Of a DNA stretch of 64,000 nt, positions 27,511 to 36,870 are shown in pieces. The DNA is from an uncultured delta proteobacterium. Lineage in GTDB: Bacteria > Myxococcota > Kuafuiibacteriia > Kuafuiibacteriales > Kuafuiibacteriaceae. The first letter of the stretch is position 1, and each line of letters starts with the position of its first letter. The notes beneath the pieces were generated by a model. That model was not told where the DNA came from and did not search any database. It worked only from the letters and a program-made list of their open reading frames with translations. Position numbers and translations under genes: made by a program. The stretch lies in the NCBI GenBank assembly GCA_963803435.1, contig CAWDML010000001.1, positions 1-64,000 on the forward strand, written 5' to 3'.

Positions 27511-27977
27511 GAGTGCGATCGCCCTGCGTCGATCATCATCAGCAGCTGTTGCGCCTCGAGCTGGACCTCCGAGCCGTCGCCGGCACGCTCGAGATCCGTG
27601 AGGTAGACGACCGCATCGTCGGCGCGCCCGAGGCGGATGAGAACGCAAGCGAGGAGCAGCACGATCTCGAAGAGCATCCTCCGCCGCTCGAGGGAGAGCT
27701 CGCCCTCGGCCTCGAGGAGCGTGCCCGCCCGCTCGTAGGCCTCCTTGGCGGTGAGGAGGTCGTCCTCGGTCTCGGCCACCAGGCCGAGGTGAAGGTGAAC
27801 CAGGAAACAATCCGGTCGGAGGCGGGCCATCAGGCGAAACGTGGCGCGAGCTTGATCGATCAGCTTGGCTTCGAGACACGAGATGCCCAGCTTGGCCAGG
27901 CGCGCCATGTCGAGGCTGTCGAAGCCCAGCAGATCGCCGGCCGACAGCTCTCCCGAGAGGTACCGTTCAATCGACAC
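27507..27977 (-). CDS. SycD/LcrH-like TPR chaperone
   Basis: YLSGELSAGDLLGF...MARLAKLG..CL.....QARATF..M..L.P.....HL.LG...E......A..AY. Confidence 0.6.
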   Translation of the reverse strand: MSIERYLSGELSAGDLLGFDSLDMARLAKLGISCLEAKLIDQARATFRLMARLRPDCFLVHLHLGLVAETEDDLLTAKEAYERAGTLLEAEGELSLERRRMLFEIVLLLACVLIRLGRADDAVVYLTDLERAGDGSEVQLEAQQLLMMIDAGRSHS

Positions 27978-27990
27978 GCGGCTTCGAGCA

Positions 27991-28005
27991 GCAACCGATG
28001 TGCCA
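27991..28005 (-). promoter_or_regulatory. sigma54 (-24/-12) promoter
   Basis: Minus strand TGGCAC-ATCGG-TTGC, exact consensus spacing, 13 nt before the GTG of the TPR gene. Confidence 0.75.
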
Positions 28006-28092
28006 CCTGTTCTTTCGGGCGAGTGACCGACACTTGTGGTGTGCGCTCCACACGCAATTCCCGAGACTGTGACCTGGATGTCTCCATAGGGC

Positions 28093-29064
28093 TCAACCGG
28101 TGGTCGGCGGCACGAAGGGCAGCGCGGCGATGGTGGCGTCCCAGGAGGCGCCGTTCGACTCGATCGTCATCCAGTTGCCGACCAGATCGTCGGTGCTCCG
28201 CACGTATCCCAGACCGATCAGTCGGTCGAGTGTCGGTGAACGGACCGACGACGTGACCTCGCCGGTGGTCTTCCCGCTCGAGAGGATTCTGGCCCCTCGG
28301 GGCGGCGGCTCCGCGCCGCCGATGTCGAGCCCGACCAGCACGTGCCGGACCTGTCCCAGGTTGCTGGCGCGGGAGATCGTCTCCTGGCCGATGTAGCAGC
28401 CCTTCTCGAAGTCGATCGCGCGCTCGAGCCGCGCCTCCAGCGGGATGGTGTCCTCGCCGAGATCGATGCCGTCCAGCGGGACGCCGGCCTCGATCCGGAG
28501 CGCGTCAATCGAGGCCGCGTCGACGAGCTGGGCGCCCGCCTCCACCAGGCGCGCCTGGAACGTGCCCGCTTCTCCCGGAGGCACGTGGAGCTCGTAGCCG
28601 TCGACGCCGAGCCAGACGTCGCGGACAATCGTGACCGCGCCCGCCTCCTCGAACGAGAGCGGCTCGAGCTCGCCGACGCCGAGCCCGGCGCGGGCCAGGA
28701 CCTCCTTCGACGCCGGTCCGTAGAGGCCGAGCACGTCCCGCTCGCCGGAGCGGTCGCGCACCGTGACCTCGTCCATCACGATGAACTTCTCCAGCGTCTC
28801 CAGAACCTTCGGCGCCACCACCTCCAGGAGGTCGAGGTCGAGCGCGACTTCGCGCATGCGCACGCGCACCAGCCCTTCGATGCGCCCCTTGTTGCTGGCC
28901 TTGACCGCCAGCTGACCGCGCCCGGGGGCGAGCTTGGTGATGTCGTTCGACAGCATGCCATTGAGGAAGCGGATGCGATCCGCCCCGGTGAACTCGAGCG
29001 TCCGCACCTCCGGCCGCAGGATCACCCCGGCAGCACCACGGACGATCTCGGCTCCGTTCTTCAT
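28093..29064 (-). CDS. ygfZ: YgfZ/GcvT-family folate-binding protein
   Basis: GADRIRFLNGMLSND, LRIEAG, KGCYIGQE signature. Confidence 0.88.
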   Translation of the reverse strand: MKNGAEIVRGAAGVILRPEVRTLEFTGADRIRFLNGMLSNDITKLAPGRGQLAVKASNKGRIEGLVRVRMREVALDLDLLEVVAPKVLETLEKFIVMDEVTVRDRSGERDVLGLYGPASKEVLARAGLGVGELEPLSFEEAGAVTIVRDVWLGVDGYELHVPPGEAGTFQARLVEAGAQLVDAASIDALRIEAGVPLDGIDLGEDTIPLEARLERAIDFEKGCYIGQETISRASNLGQVRHVLVGLDIGGAEPPPRGARILSSGKTTGEVTSSVRSPTLDRLIGLGYVRSTDDLVGNWMTIESNGASWDATIAALPFVPPTTG

Positions 29065-29068
29065 CTCG

Positions 29069-29725
29069 TCACCAGTTCCGGCCCACGTGTTTGACGTGCA
29101 TACCGGCCGCGACCAACGTCTCCGTCACAGCCTCCATCATCTCGTTCATACCGCATACGAACGCCACCGCGTCGTGCACCGGTATCGGATCGCGCACGAA
29201 GATCTCCTGGATCCAGGGCTTCGAGATTGCGCGCACGAGATCGATGCGGTCGCGCTTCCAGGCGTCGAACTCTCTTCGATAGGGAAATTCGTCCTCGGTG
29301 TGAGCGCCCGCGAAGAGAACGACTCGACCATAGTCGCTGCGGTTCTTGCGGATCGCGTGGATCACGGCGCGAATGGGGGCCAGCGCCGAGCCCACCGCGA
29401 AGAGCAGCACGTCCTTGCCCGACGCCGTCTCGATCGGGAAGCCCTTGCCGCTGGGCGGATCGATCTCGATGGTGGCCCCTTCGACCGGATGGATCTTGTC
29501 GACCGCACCCGGGCCGAGCAGGAGCTCGATCGCGGCCGCCTCGCCGACGGCCGAGCTGATGGCCAGGTAGACCTTGTCCCGTTGGTTCGCGTGCAGCACG
29601 ACGATCTGTCCCGGCCGCGTGTACTGCTTCGCGACCGCTTCGGGCACCTCGAGCACGACGCCCGTCAGCCGCGGCGTCTCCCGCCAGACTCGACGCACGA
29701 CCGCATTGACTCGTCCATCCGCCAT
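29069..29725 (-). CDS. FAD/NAD(P)-binding oxidoreductase (ferredoxin reductase-like)
   Basis: PGQ, YLAISS, P.GKGF, LLFAVGSALAPIRA, FVCGMNEM. Confidence 0.85.
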   Translation of the reverse strand: MADGRVNAVVRRVWRETPRLTGVVLEVPEAVAKQYTRPGQIVVLHANQRDKVYLAISSAVGEAAAIELLLGPGAVDKIHPVEGATIEIDPPSGKGFPIETASGKDVLLFAVGSALAPIRAVIHAIRKNRSDYGRVVLFAGAHTEDEFPYRREFDAWKRDRIDLVRAISKPWIQEIFVRDPIPVHDAVAFVCGMNEMMEAVTETLVAAGMHVKHVGRNW

Positions 29726-29766
29726 GGTCGCGCATCCTAACACTCGCTGTGCTAGATTGCGGCGCC

Positions 29767-30462
29767 TTGAGAACGCGAAGCACGGCGCCTCGGGTCGTGG
29801 GCGTCGAGATCATTCAGGACATCTCCCGGATCAGCAGCCCGGTCGAGGGCTTCCTCCGCCGCTTCCGGCTTCGCGCCAAGTCGCTGCTCTCCGACGGCAC
29901 CCGCACCGACGCCTACGTGGTGGACTACGTCGATCGTGCGGAGGAGATCCGGGACGCCGTCGCAATCGTGGCGTATGCGTCCGCCCCGGCCGACCAACCG
30001 ATCGGCGCCACCCGCATCCTCTTCCGGCGCCAGCTCCGTTATCCCGCGTTCCTGGTCACCGGCCAGCCGCTCTGCACCGAGGTGATCGCCGGGCTGATCG
30101 ATGCGCCCGAAAGCCCCCAGGACGCGGCGATCCGCGAGCTCCTCGAGGAGACCGGCCTCGATGTTCCGAGCGTCACCGTCCGACCGCTGGGCCGCCCCTT
30201 CTTTCCCACGCCCGGCGCGCTCACCGAGCGCTTCTTCCCGTTCGCCGTCGAGGTCGATCACGACGCCCTCGATCACGCCGAGGCGCGGGCCGAATCCCCC
30301 ATGGAGGAAGGCGCCGAGCTGATCACGACCTCGCTCTCAGATGCGATGGTGCTGCTCGACCGCGACCCCTCCACGGCCACCCGCGGCATCTTCATCGCCG
30401 ACGCCAAGACCGAGATCCTGCTCCATCGACTGAGCGCGCTCCTCGCCGAGACACGAACGTGA
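29767..30462 (+). CDS. NUDIX hydrolase (ADP-ribose pyrophosphatase-like)
   Basis: RQLRYP, EVIAGLID..ESPQDAAIRELLEETG Nudix box, PG..TE, DAKT; start uncertain. Confidence 0.85.
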   Translation: MRTRSTAPRVVGVEIIQDISRISSPVEGFLRRFRLRAKSLLSDGTRTDAYVVDYVDRAEEIRDAVAIVAYASAPADQPIGATRILFRRQLRYPAFLVTGQPLCTEVIAGLIDAPESPQDAAIRELLEETGLDVPSVTVRPLGRPFFPTPGALTERFFPFAVEVDHDALDHAEARAESPMEEGAELITTSLSDAMVLLDRDPSTATRGIFIADAKTEILLHRLSALLAETRT

Positions 30463-31343
30463 ACCTCGGGCGCGTCCTCCTGCTCCTCAAGAAGTCGGAG
30501 CTCTCCCTCCTCGCTCGCGGGCGGAGCCGCGGCGCGGCGCGCATGCGCAGGCTGCTCGAGCAGAACGATCAGTCCGTCGATCGGCTCGAGCCGGCGCACG
30601 ACGAGCACGCGCAATCGGTCGCCCGTGTCCGAGAGGCGCTCGAGGATCGGGGCATCGAGTGGGTGGAGCGCAAAGAGATCCCCGAGCGTCCGATCCGCGG
30701 CTACGACCTGGTGGTGCCGGTCGGCGGAGACGGCACGCTCCTCGCCGCCTCCCACGCGGTCCGCAACTCGACGCCGATCCTCGGCGTGAACTCGGCGCCG
30801 GGGTTCTCGGTCGGCTTCCTCACCGGATGTACGGCTGATTCGTTCGGAGCCACACTCGACCAGCTGAGGAACGAACAGCTGGCGCCGTTCACGATCCAGC
30901 GTCTCCGCGTGAAGCTCGGCGAGAAGGTGATCGCCGCGCCCGTGCTCAACGACGTCCTCTTCTGCGCGGACAATCCGGCCGTGATGACGCGGTACCGTCT
31001 GATCTGGCCGGACGGCGAGGAGATCCAGCGAAGCTCCGGTGTATGGATCTCGACGCCGGCAGGCTCCACTTCCGCACTCGCCTCGGCCGGCGGCCCCGCG
31101 CTCCCGCTGAACGCCAAGCAATTCGCCTTCTTGGTCCGGGAGCCCTACGCCCCGCCCGGCTCGAGCGTGCGCCTGCGCACCGCGGTGCTCGGCGCGGATC
31201 AGACCCTCGAGATCGAGTGTCGCACCGACCGAGCGAGCGTGTTCCTCGACGGCTCCCACCGCCAGTATCCCGTCGCGTATGGAGAGACCGTCTCGTTCGG
31301 CCTTCACTCGCAGCCGCTGCGGTTGATCCGCATGAAGCGCTGA
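30459..31343 (+). CDS. NAD(+) kinase
   Basis: VGGDGTLL, LGVN, GFL, LND, SSGVWISTPAGST; GTGA overlap with NUDIX. Confidence 0.88.
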   Translation: MNLGRVLLLLKKSELSLLARGRSRGAARMRRLLEQNDQSVDRLEPAHDEHAQSVARVREALEDRGIEWVERKEIPERPIRGYDLVVPVGGDGTLLAASHAVRNSTPILGVNSAPGFSVGFLTGCTADSFGATLDQLRNEQLAPFTIQRLRVKLGEKVIAAPVLNDVLFCADNPAVMTRYRLIWPDGEEIQRSSGVWISTPAGSTSALASAGGPALPLNAKQFAFLVREPYAPPGSSVRLRTAVLGADQTLEIECRTDRASVFLDGSHRQYPVAYGETVSFGLHSQPLRLIRMKR

Positions 31344-31405
31344 CAGCTACACCGGATATCCGGCCGGTATCGGCCAGATTCGCCGCGGGCCAGCGTAGGA
31401 TCACC

Positions 31406-32341
31406 ATGCGTCGAACCTTCGTGCTCGCCGTCCTGCTCGCCGCCTGCGGAGGTGCTCCTGAGGATGGACAGCCCGGCGCGGTCCAGGCTGACGCCCTCCG
31501 CGTCCTGAGCCGCGATCAGCCGGACAGCGTCGACGTCATCTCTTGGAACGTCGAGTGGTTCGGCTCGCCGACCCAGGGCCCCACCGACGACGCGCTCCAG
31601 CTCCAGCGCGCGGAGGACATCATCGGCGGCCTGAACGTGGACATCTTCGGCCTGGTCGAGATCGTCTCCATCAGCGGCTTCGATCAACTGCTCGCCTCGC
31701 TCCCCCACCACCACGGCGTGCTGGCGAGCGACCCGAGCGTGGAGAACGGACCTCGCTACTACTCGAGGAACGAGCAGAAGGTGGCGCTGATCGTGCGGGA
31801 CGACTACCAGATCGAGCATCCGCACCTGATCCTCACCGACCAGAGCTCCTCGTTCGGAGGCCGCCCTCCCCTCGAGGCGCGCCTCCGCTTCCAGCTCGAC
31901 GGACACGCGCGGACGCTCGTCGTGATCGTGGCGCACTTCAAGGCGCTCACCGATCGGGCAAGCTACGAGTCGCGCGTCCGCACCGCCGCCGCCCTCAAGA
32001 GCTACCTCGACGCGACCTACCCGACCCAATGGGTGCTCGTCGTCGGCGACTTCAACGACGACCTCGACGTGTCCACCTACCATGGCGCCCCCAGCCCCTT
32101 TGCCGACCTGGTTCAGGACACGCGCCATTATCGGTTCATCACCGGGCCCCTCTCGGAGGCCGGGGTGTCCACCACCGTTCATTTCAGCGCCACCATCGAT
32201 CACCACCTCGCGACGAACGAGCTGGCGGCCCGAGAGGTCCCTGGCTCCGCTCAGGTGATCCGGCTCGACCGCTTCGTCCCCCGGTACGGCGACGAGGTCA
32301 GCGATCACTATCCGGTCCTGTCTCGGTACGATCTGCGCTAG
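31406..32341 (+). CDS. Endonuclease/exonuclease/phosphatase family lipoprotein
   Basis: LAAC lipobox; SWNVEWF, GLVEI, HFKA, GDFND, IDH, SDHYPV. Confidence 0.88.
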   Translation: MRRTFVLAVLLAACGGAPEDGQPGAVQADALRVLSRDQPDSVDVISWNVEWFGSPTQGPTDDALQLQRAEDIIGGLNVDIFGLVEIVSISGFDQLLASLPHHHGVLASDPSVENGPRYYSRNEQKVALIVRDDYQIEHPHLILTDQSSSFGGRPPLEARLRFQLDGHARTLVVIVAHFKALTDRASYESRVRTAAALKSYLDATYPTQWVLVVGDFNDDLDVSTYHGAPSPFADLVQDTRHYRFITGPLSEAGVSTTVHFSATIDHHLATNELAAREVPGSAQVIRLDRFVPRYGDEVSDHYPVLSRYDLR

Positions 32342-32353
32342 CGTTTGCGGGCG

Positions 32354-32536
32354 ATGATCAGGCTGTTCGGGTCCGCACCCTCCGGGAACTGCTACAAGGT
32401 CCGCCCCCTCCCCACGCAGCTCGGCATCCCCTTCGAGCGACGTCCGATCGACGCAGGCACGGCCTACCTGCCGCAGGACCGCCTCGAGCGCGCGCGCGTC
32501 CAGCGCCAGCCCGGGCACATCGGCATCGATCGATGA
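32354..32536 (+). pseudogene. Internally deleted glutathione S-transferase remnant
   Basis: SGNCYKVR..L.QLGIPFE (GST N-term) joined to GTAYLPQDRLERARV (linker) joined to QPGHI (GST C-term), only 60 codons. Confidence 0.7.
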
Positions 32537-33414
32537 CCTCTCTCGACCTGGGCCTGGTGCTGATCTCGGCGCTCCTCCACGCCGCCTGGAACGCGGCCGC
32601 CAAGACCACCGAGAGCCCGACCGCCTACCTGGCCATCATGGGCGCCGCCACGCTGGTCCTCGGGGCGCCCCTCTTCTTCTACGTGGACCTCGCCCTGATC
32701 CCGCGCGTCGTCTGGTGGCTCCTCGCCGGCTCCGGCATCGTCCACACCGCCTACCAGCTCTTCCTCGGCCGCGCCTACGAACAGGGCGATCTCTCGGTGG
32801 TCTATCCCATCTCCCGCTCCACGCCGGCCCTCGTCGCCCTGATCGCGATCCCGTTCCTCGACGACCCGGTCTCGACCTCCGGCGCGCTCGGGATCGCGGT
32901 CGTCATGCTCGGCATGTGGCTCGTCCACACCAACGGCGTCGTCTCCCTCGCGGCCCTCCTCGCCCCCGGCATCGCCTTCGCCTACCTCACCCTGCTCGCC
33001 ACCGTCGGCTACTCCCTCATCGACAAGGTCGCCATGAAGACCCTCGAAGCCGCCCCCTGGACCACCCCCGTCCCGAAGGCGATCGTCTACTACTACCTCC
33101 TCTCCATCGCCTACATGATCCCCTTCGGCCCCATCGTCCTGAAGCGCGTCCCCACCTCGGTCATCCTCCGCATGCTCCGCACGCGCGCGCTCTTCCTCCT
33201 CTTCGGCCTCGTCGCCAGCTTCGCCAGCTACGTCCTGATCCTCGAAGCCCTCCAGACCGCCTCCGTCAGCTACGTGACCGCCGTCCGCCAGACCAGCGTG
33301 GTCTTCGCCAGCGCCCTCTCCCTCGTCCTCCTCCGCGAACGCCCGACCCGGCCCCGATTGCTCGGCTCGCTGCTCACGGTGGTAGGGGTCGGGTTGATCG
33401 CGCTGGCGACGTGA
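32533..33414 (+). CDS. EamA/DMT family transporter
   Basis: SALLHAAWN, AYEQGDLSVVYPISR, YSLIDK, VSYVTAVRQTSVVF, ~10 TM. Confidence 0.92.
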   Translation: MTSLDLGLVLISALLHAAWNAAAKTTESPTAYLAIMGAATLVLGAPLFFYVDLALIPRVVWWLLAGSGIVHTAYQLFLGRAYEQGDLSVVYPISRSTPALVALIAIPFLDDPVSTSGALGIAVVMLGMWLVHTNGVVSLAALLAPGIAFAYLTLLATVGYSLIDKVAMKTLEAAPWTTPVPKAIVYYYLLSIAYMIPFGPIVLKRVPTSVILRMLRTRALFLLFGLVASFASYVLILEALQTASVSYVTAVRQTSVVFASALSLVLLRERPTRPRLLGSLLTVVGVGLIALAT

Positions 33415-33464
33415 GCGGCAGGCTCCGCTTCGGATGATGCCGGCTGGGCTCAGCGAGGGCATCG

Positions 33465-34496
33465 CTACGGCCGGCGGGAGATCCGCTCGTCGGAGCCGTC
33501 GCGGACGCGTTCGAGGTAGGCCAGGGTCTTGCGGATCAGCAGGATGATCCGCGCGTTCTCCTCGTGCTTCTTCATCTCGCGGAGCTTGGGGATGGCGCGG
33601 AGGTCGGCGAGGTTGGCGAGGGCGCCGACGGCGGCGCCGCGGACCAGGACGTCGGGTTGGTCGAGCGCGTTGAGGAGGAGGCGCGAGGCTTCTTCGCCGC
33701 CGATGAAGCCGAGGACCTTGAGGGCGCGGGCGCGTTCGAAGGGGTCTTTCGAGCGGAGCGCGGCGACGAAGTACTTCTGTTGATCGAGGTGCTTCTCGAG
33801 CTTTTCGAGGGCTTGACCGGCGGCGAGGGTCACTTCGGGGACGCGTGAGTCGAGCATCTCGACGATGCGTTCGGCGGCAGCGGGAACCTCCATGTCGGCG
33901 AGGGCACGCATGGAGGCGATCTGAACCTTGTAGTCGCCGTGGGAGAGGCCGCGCATGAAGTCGGCGGTGGCTTGCTCCTCCGGGAGCGCGCGCAGCGAGG
34001 AGACAGCGAAGCGGCTGACCTCGTCGACATCGCCGGTGGCGTCGAGCAGGGCCTCCTCGACGGCGGGCGTCATGTCGTCGACCAGGAGCATCGCGGCGCC
34101 CAGCCGCACGGCGGGGCTCGCGTGACGGCGGAGGGCGCGGACGAGATAGGGCCGGATCGCGAGGGCCTCGAAGCGGTGGAGCGAGCGCTCGGCCTCGACC
34201 CGGACGAAGGGCTCCTCGTCGGCGAGCCGGTCGAGAATGGCAGGAACGGCCCGGACGTCGCCGAGCTGGGCGAGCGCGCGCAGCGCGGCGGTGCGCACGG
34301 CATAGTGGGTGTCCTCGAGCGCGCGGGTCAGGGGCTTGCGGGCCCGGATGTCGCGAGAGCGGCCCAGCTGCATCGCCGACTCCACACGCGCCTTCCAGCG
34401 TCCGTCGTCCCGAAGCTTGTCGACCAGCTCGAGGAAGCGCGGGTCGGCCTCGGATTGCCCGGCCAGGGAGAGACACAGGAGCAGCACGGCCGACAC
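33465..34496 (-). CDS. HEAT repeat protein with signal peptide
   Basis: Repeated D....VR..A..AL..LGD.RA.P.L units. Confidence 0.85.
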   Translation of the reverse strand: MSAVLLLCLSLAGQSEADPRFLELVDKLRDDGRWKARVESAMQLGRSRDIRARKPLTRALEDTHYAVRTAALRALAQLGDVRAVPAILDRLADEEPFVRVEAERSLHRFEALAIRPYLVRALRRHASPAVRLGAAMLLVDDMTPAVEEALLDATGDVDEVSRFAVSSLRALPEEQATADFMRGLSHGDYKVQIASMRALADMEVPAAAERIVEMLDSRVPEVTLAAGQALEKLEKHLDQQKYFVAALRSKDPFERARALKVLGFIGGEEASRLLLNALDQPDVLVRGAAVGALANLADLRAIPKLREMKKHEENARIILLIRKTLAYLERVRDGSDERISRRP

Positions 34497-34504
34497 GACG
34501 GCCT

Positions 34505-35620
34505 ATGGTAAGTTACGCGCGCAGGATGGTCTACGCGGGGGAGGAAGACGCGCTCTATCCCATGATCTCCGAGGGCCTGACCTTGTATCGGGCCGGGCGC
34601 TGGTTCGACGCCCACGAGGTCTGGGAGCAGGCCTGGAAGGGTGAGGTCGGTCGCAACAAGGAGACCCTGCGCGCGCTGATCCAGGTGGCCGCGGCCCTGG
34701 TCAAGCACGCCGACGGGAACCCGCGGGGACCGTCGAAGCTGCTGGCCAAGGCGCGGGACACGATGGCTGAGGTGACTTCGGGTTGTGCATCGTGGCTCGG
34801 GATCGATCTGATCGGGCTCAGCGCCGAGATCGATCGCGCGCTGGCCGACGCCGACGCGTTCGCGCGCGGGGAGCGCACCGACCTGCCGCCGCCGCCGCTC
34901 CCGCCGGTGACCGGCCCCGACGGCATCCTCTACCTGCACGGCTTCGCCTCGGGTCCCAGCTCGTTCAAGGCCTCGGTGATCCTGCCGCCGCTCGTGGAGG
35001 CCGGCTACGCCGTGCGCGTCCCCGAACTCGACGAGGGCGACTTCGAGCACCTCACGGTGAGCCGCGCGCTGGCGCTGGCCCGGCGCTCGCTCTGGGATAG
35101 GACGATCGTGATCGGGTCGAGTTTCGGCGGCTACGTCGCCACCCTTCTGGCCGAGAAGGACGAGCGGGTGAAGTCGCTGGTGCTGATGGCGCCCGCGTTC
35201 GACCTGGCCGCTCGCATGCGCGAGCGCTACGGCGAGACCGCGATCGCCGAGTGGCGCTCGTCCGGCCGGACGATGGTCGAGCACTACGCGTTGGGAGGGC
35301 GTCACCCGATCGCGTACACGCTCCTCTTGGACGCGGCGCGCCACCCTCCCTTCCCGAAGGTCCGGGTCCCCACGTATGTGCTCCAGGGCGAGCGCGACGA
35401 CGTCGTCCCGCCCGGCCTGGCGAGCCGCTTTCGCGACGCCGACCCGAGCCACGTCGAGCTCGACCTCACCGACGACGACCACGCGCTGGTCGCGTCGGCG
35501 GAGCGCGCCCTGGCGGCGACCCTCCGGGCGATCGCACGGCTCACCCTCCAGCCCCAGCCGAGGCCCCGAACGATCGATGAGGCGGATGCGCGGCTCGCCG
35601 AGATTGACCGCCTACAGTAG
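34505..35620 (+). CDS. DUF309 domain fused to YqiA/YcfP-type alpha/beta hydrolase
   Basis: WFDAHEVWE..W, ALIQVAAA..K...GN..G; then YLHGFASGP, GSSFGG, DDVVP, DDDH; start 34505 or 34526. Confidence 0.85.
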   Translation: MVSYARRMVYAGEEDALYPMISEGLTLYRAGRWFDAHEVWEQAWKGEVGRNKETLRALIQVAAALVKHADGNPRGPSKLLAKARDTMAEVTSGCASWLGIDLIGLSAEIDRALADADAFARGERTDLPPPPLPPVTGPDGILYLHGFASGPSSFKASVILPPLVEAGYAVRVPELDEGDFEHLTVSRALALARRSLWDRTIVIGSSFGGYVATLLAEKDERVKSLVLMAPAFDLAARMRERYGETAIAEWRSSGRTMVEHYALGGRHPIAYTLLLDAARHPPFPKVRVPTYVLQGERDDVVPPGLASRFRDADPSHVELDLTDDDHALVASAERALAATLRAIARLTLQPQPRPRTIDEADARLAEIDRLQ

Positions 35621-35622
35621 CC

Positions 35623-36870
35623 GTGAAAAAGGATCTTCCATTGCTCAGGAGAGCTCTCGCGTGCCTCGCCGCGCTCTTGATCGCCTTCGCACCGATCGCC
35701 ACGCTCGAGGCGAAGCCGCGCCCGCGGGGCTCGGCCAAGCTCGATCAAGAGATCTACGGCATCACGACCCGCGCCGAGCAGCTGCTCAACAATCTCGAGT
35801 ACGAGCGCGCCCGGGAGACGCTCGAGCAGAGCGTCCGCAACGCGCGCTACCGGGCGGCGAGCCCCAAGGCGAAGGGCCGACTGTGGGCGCTGCTCGGTCG
35901 GGCGCGCGCTGAGCTCGGCAACACCATGGGCATGGAGGAGGCGTTCCTCGAGGCGGTGAAGTGGGACCGGCGCGTCCACCTCTCGCGATCGACCTCGCCC
36001 AAGATCCTGGACGCCCTCGAGCGGGCCCGCGCCAACGCCCCCGTCCCGGGCGACGAGCCTCCACCGCCCACCAAGCCGCCGCCGCCCCGCGTCGAGCCAC
36101 CGCCGCCGCCGCCGCCCACCAAGCCGCCGCCGCCCACCAAGCCGCCGCCGCCCCGGAGGACACCCCCGCCGCCGCCCACCAAGCCGCCGCCGCCCACCAA
36201 GCCGCCGCCGCGGAGGACACCCCCGCCGCCGCCCACCAAGCCGCCGCCGCCGCCGCCCGCGGTCCCGGTCTCGAAGGCGCCGTGGATCGAGCACGAGATC
36301 CGCGGCACCGTGGCGGTCGGCGAGTCCATCACCTTGGTGGTGAAGCACGGCAATCTCCCGAAGAAGGCCAAGTTCGAGGCGTTCATCAAGCGGACGCAGA
36401 CCGGCGCCTTCCGGCCCCTGGCGATGGTCGTGACCGGGACGGTGGCCACGCGGACCCTCCAGATCGACCGCCCGCGGATCGAGGTCTTCGTCCGCGCCGT
36501 CGTCGGCAAGAAGGTGGTGGCCCAGATCGGCTCGGAGCTCGAACCCATCGTGATCTCGACGGAGAAGCCGCCGCCGTCCCTGGCACAGGCCTGGTCCGAC
36601 ACGCCGCCCGTGACCACCACGGCCACGGTCGCGGCGCGGACGAGCACCACCAGCAATCACGCGCTCTCGCTGCCTCCTCCGCCGCCGCCCGCGGTCGCAG
36701 GGGGCGGTCTGTCCGGCACCGAGATCGCGCTCATCGCCGGCGGCGGTGCGGTCGTCGTGGCCAGCGTCGCCATCGTGATCATCGTGCTCGCCACCCGCAA
36801 GTCGTCTTGCGAGGCGGAGGAGGGATTCGGATGCGTCGAAGTGCAGGTCCTGCCGCTCATGCGATTCTGA
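35623..36870 (+). CDS. Exported Pro-rich TPR-like protein with C-terminal TM anchor
   Basis: Signal peptide, TPR-like helices (A...F..A...D...L....SPKI), Pro-rich repeat, beta domain, TM near C-terminus. Confidence 0.75.
   Translation: MKKDLPLLRRALACLAALLIAFAPIATLEAKPRPRGSAKLDQEIYGITTRAEQLLNNLEYERARETLEQSVRNARYRAASPKAKGRLWALLGRARAELGNTMGMEEAFLEAVKWDRRVHLSRSTSPKILDALERARANAPVPGDEPPPPTKPPPPRVEPPPPPPPTKPPPPTKPPPPRRTPPPPPTKPPPPTKPPPRRTPPPPPTKPPPPPPAVPVSKAPWIEHEIRGTVAVGESITLVVKHGNLPKKAKFEAFIKRTQTGAFRPLAMVVTGTVATRTLQIDRPRIEVFVRAVVGKKVVAQIGSELEPIVISTEKPPPSLAQAWSDTPPVTTTATVAARTSTTSNHALSLPPPPPPAVAGGGLSGTEIALIAGGGAVVVASVAIVIIVLATRKSSCEAEEGFGCVEVQVLPLMRF
36058..36260 (+). repeat. Coding tandem repeat (PPTKPPPP / RRTPPPP)
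   Basis: Six CCCACCAAGCCGCCG units, including a ~57-60 bp duplication. Confidence 0.85.
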
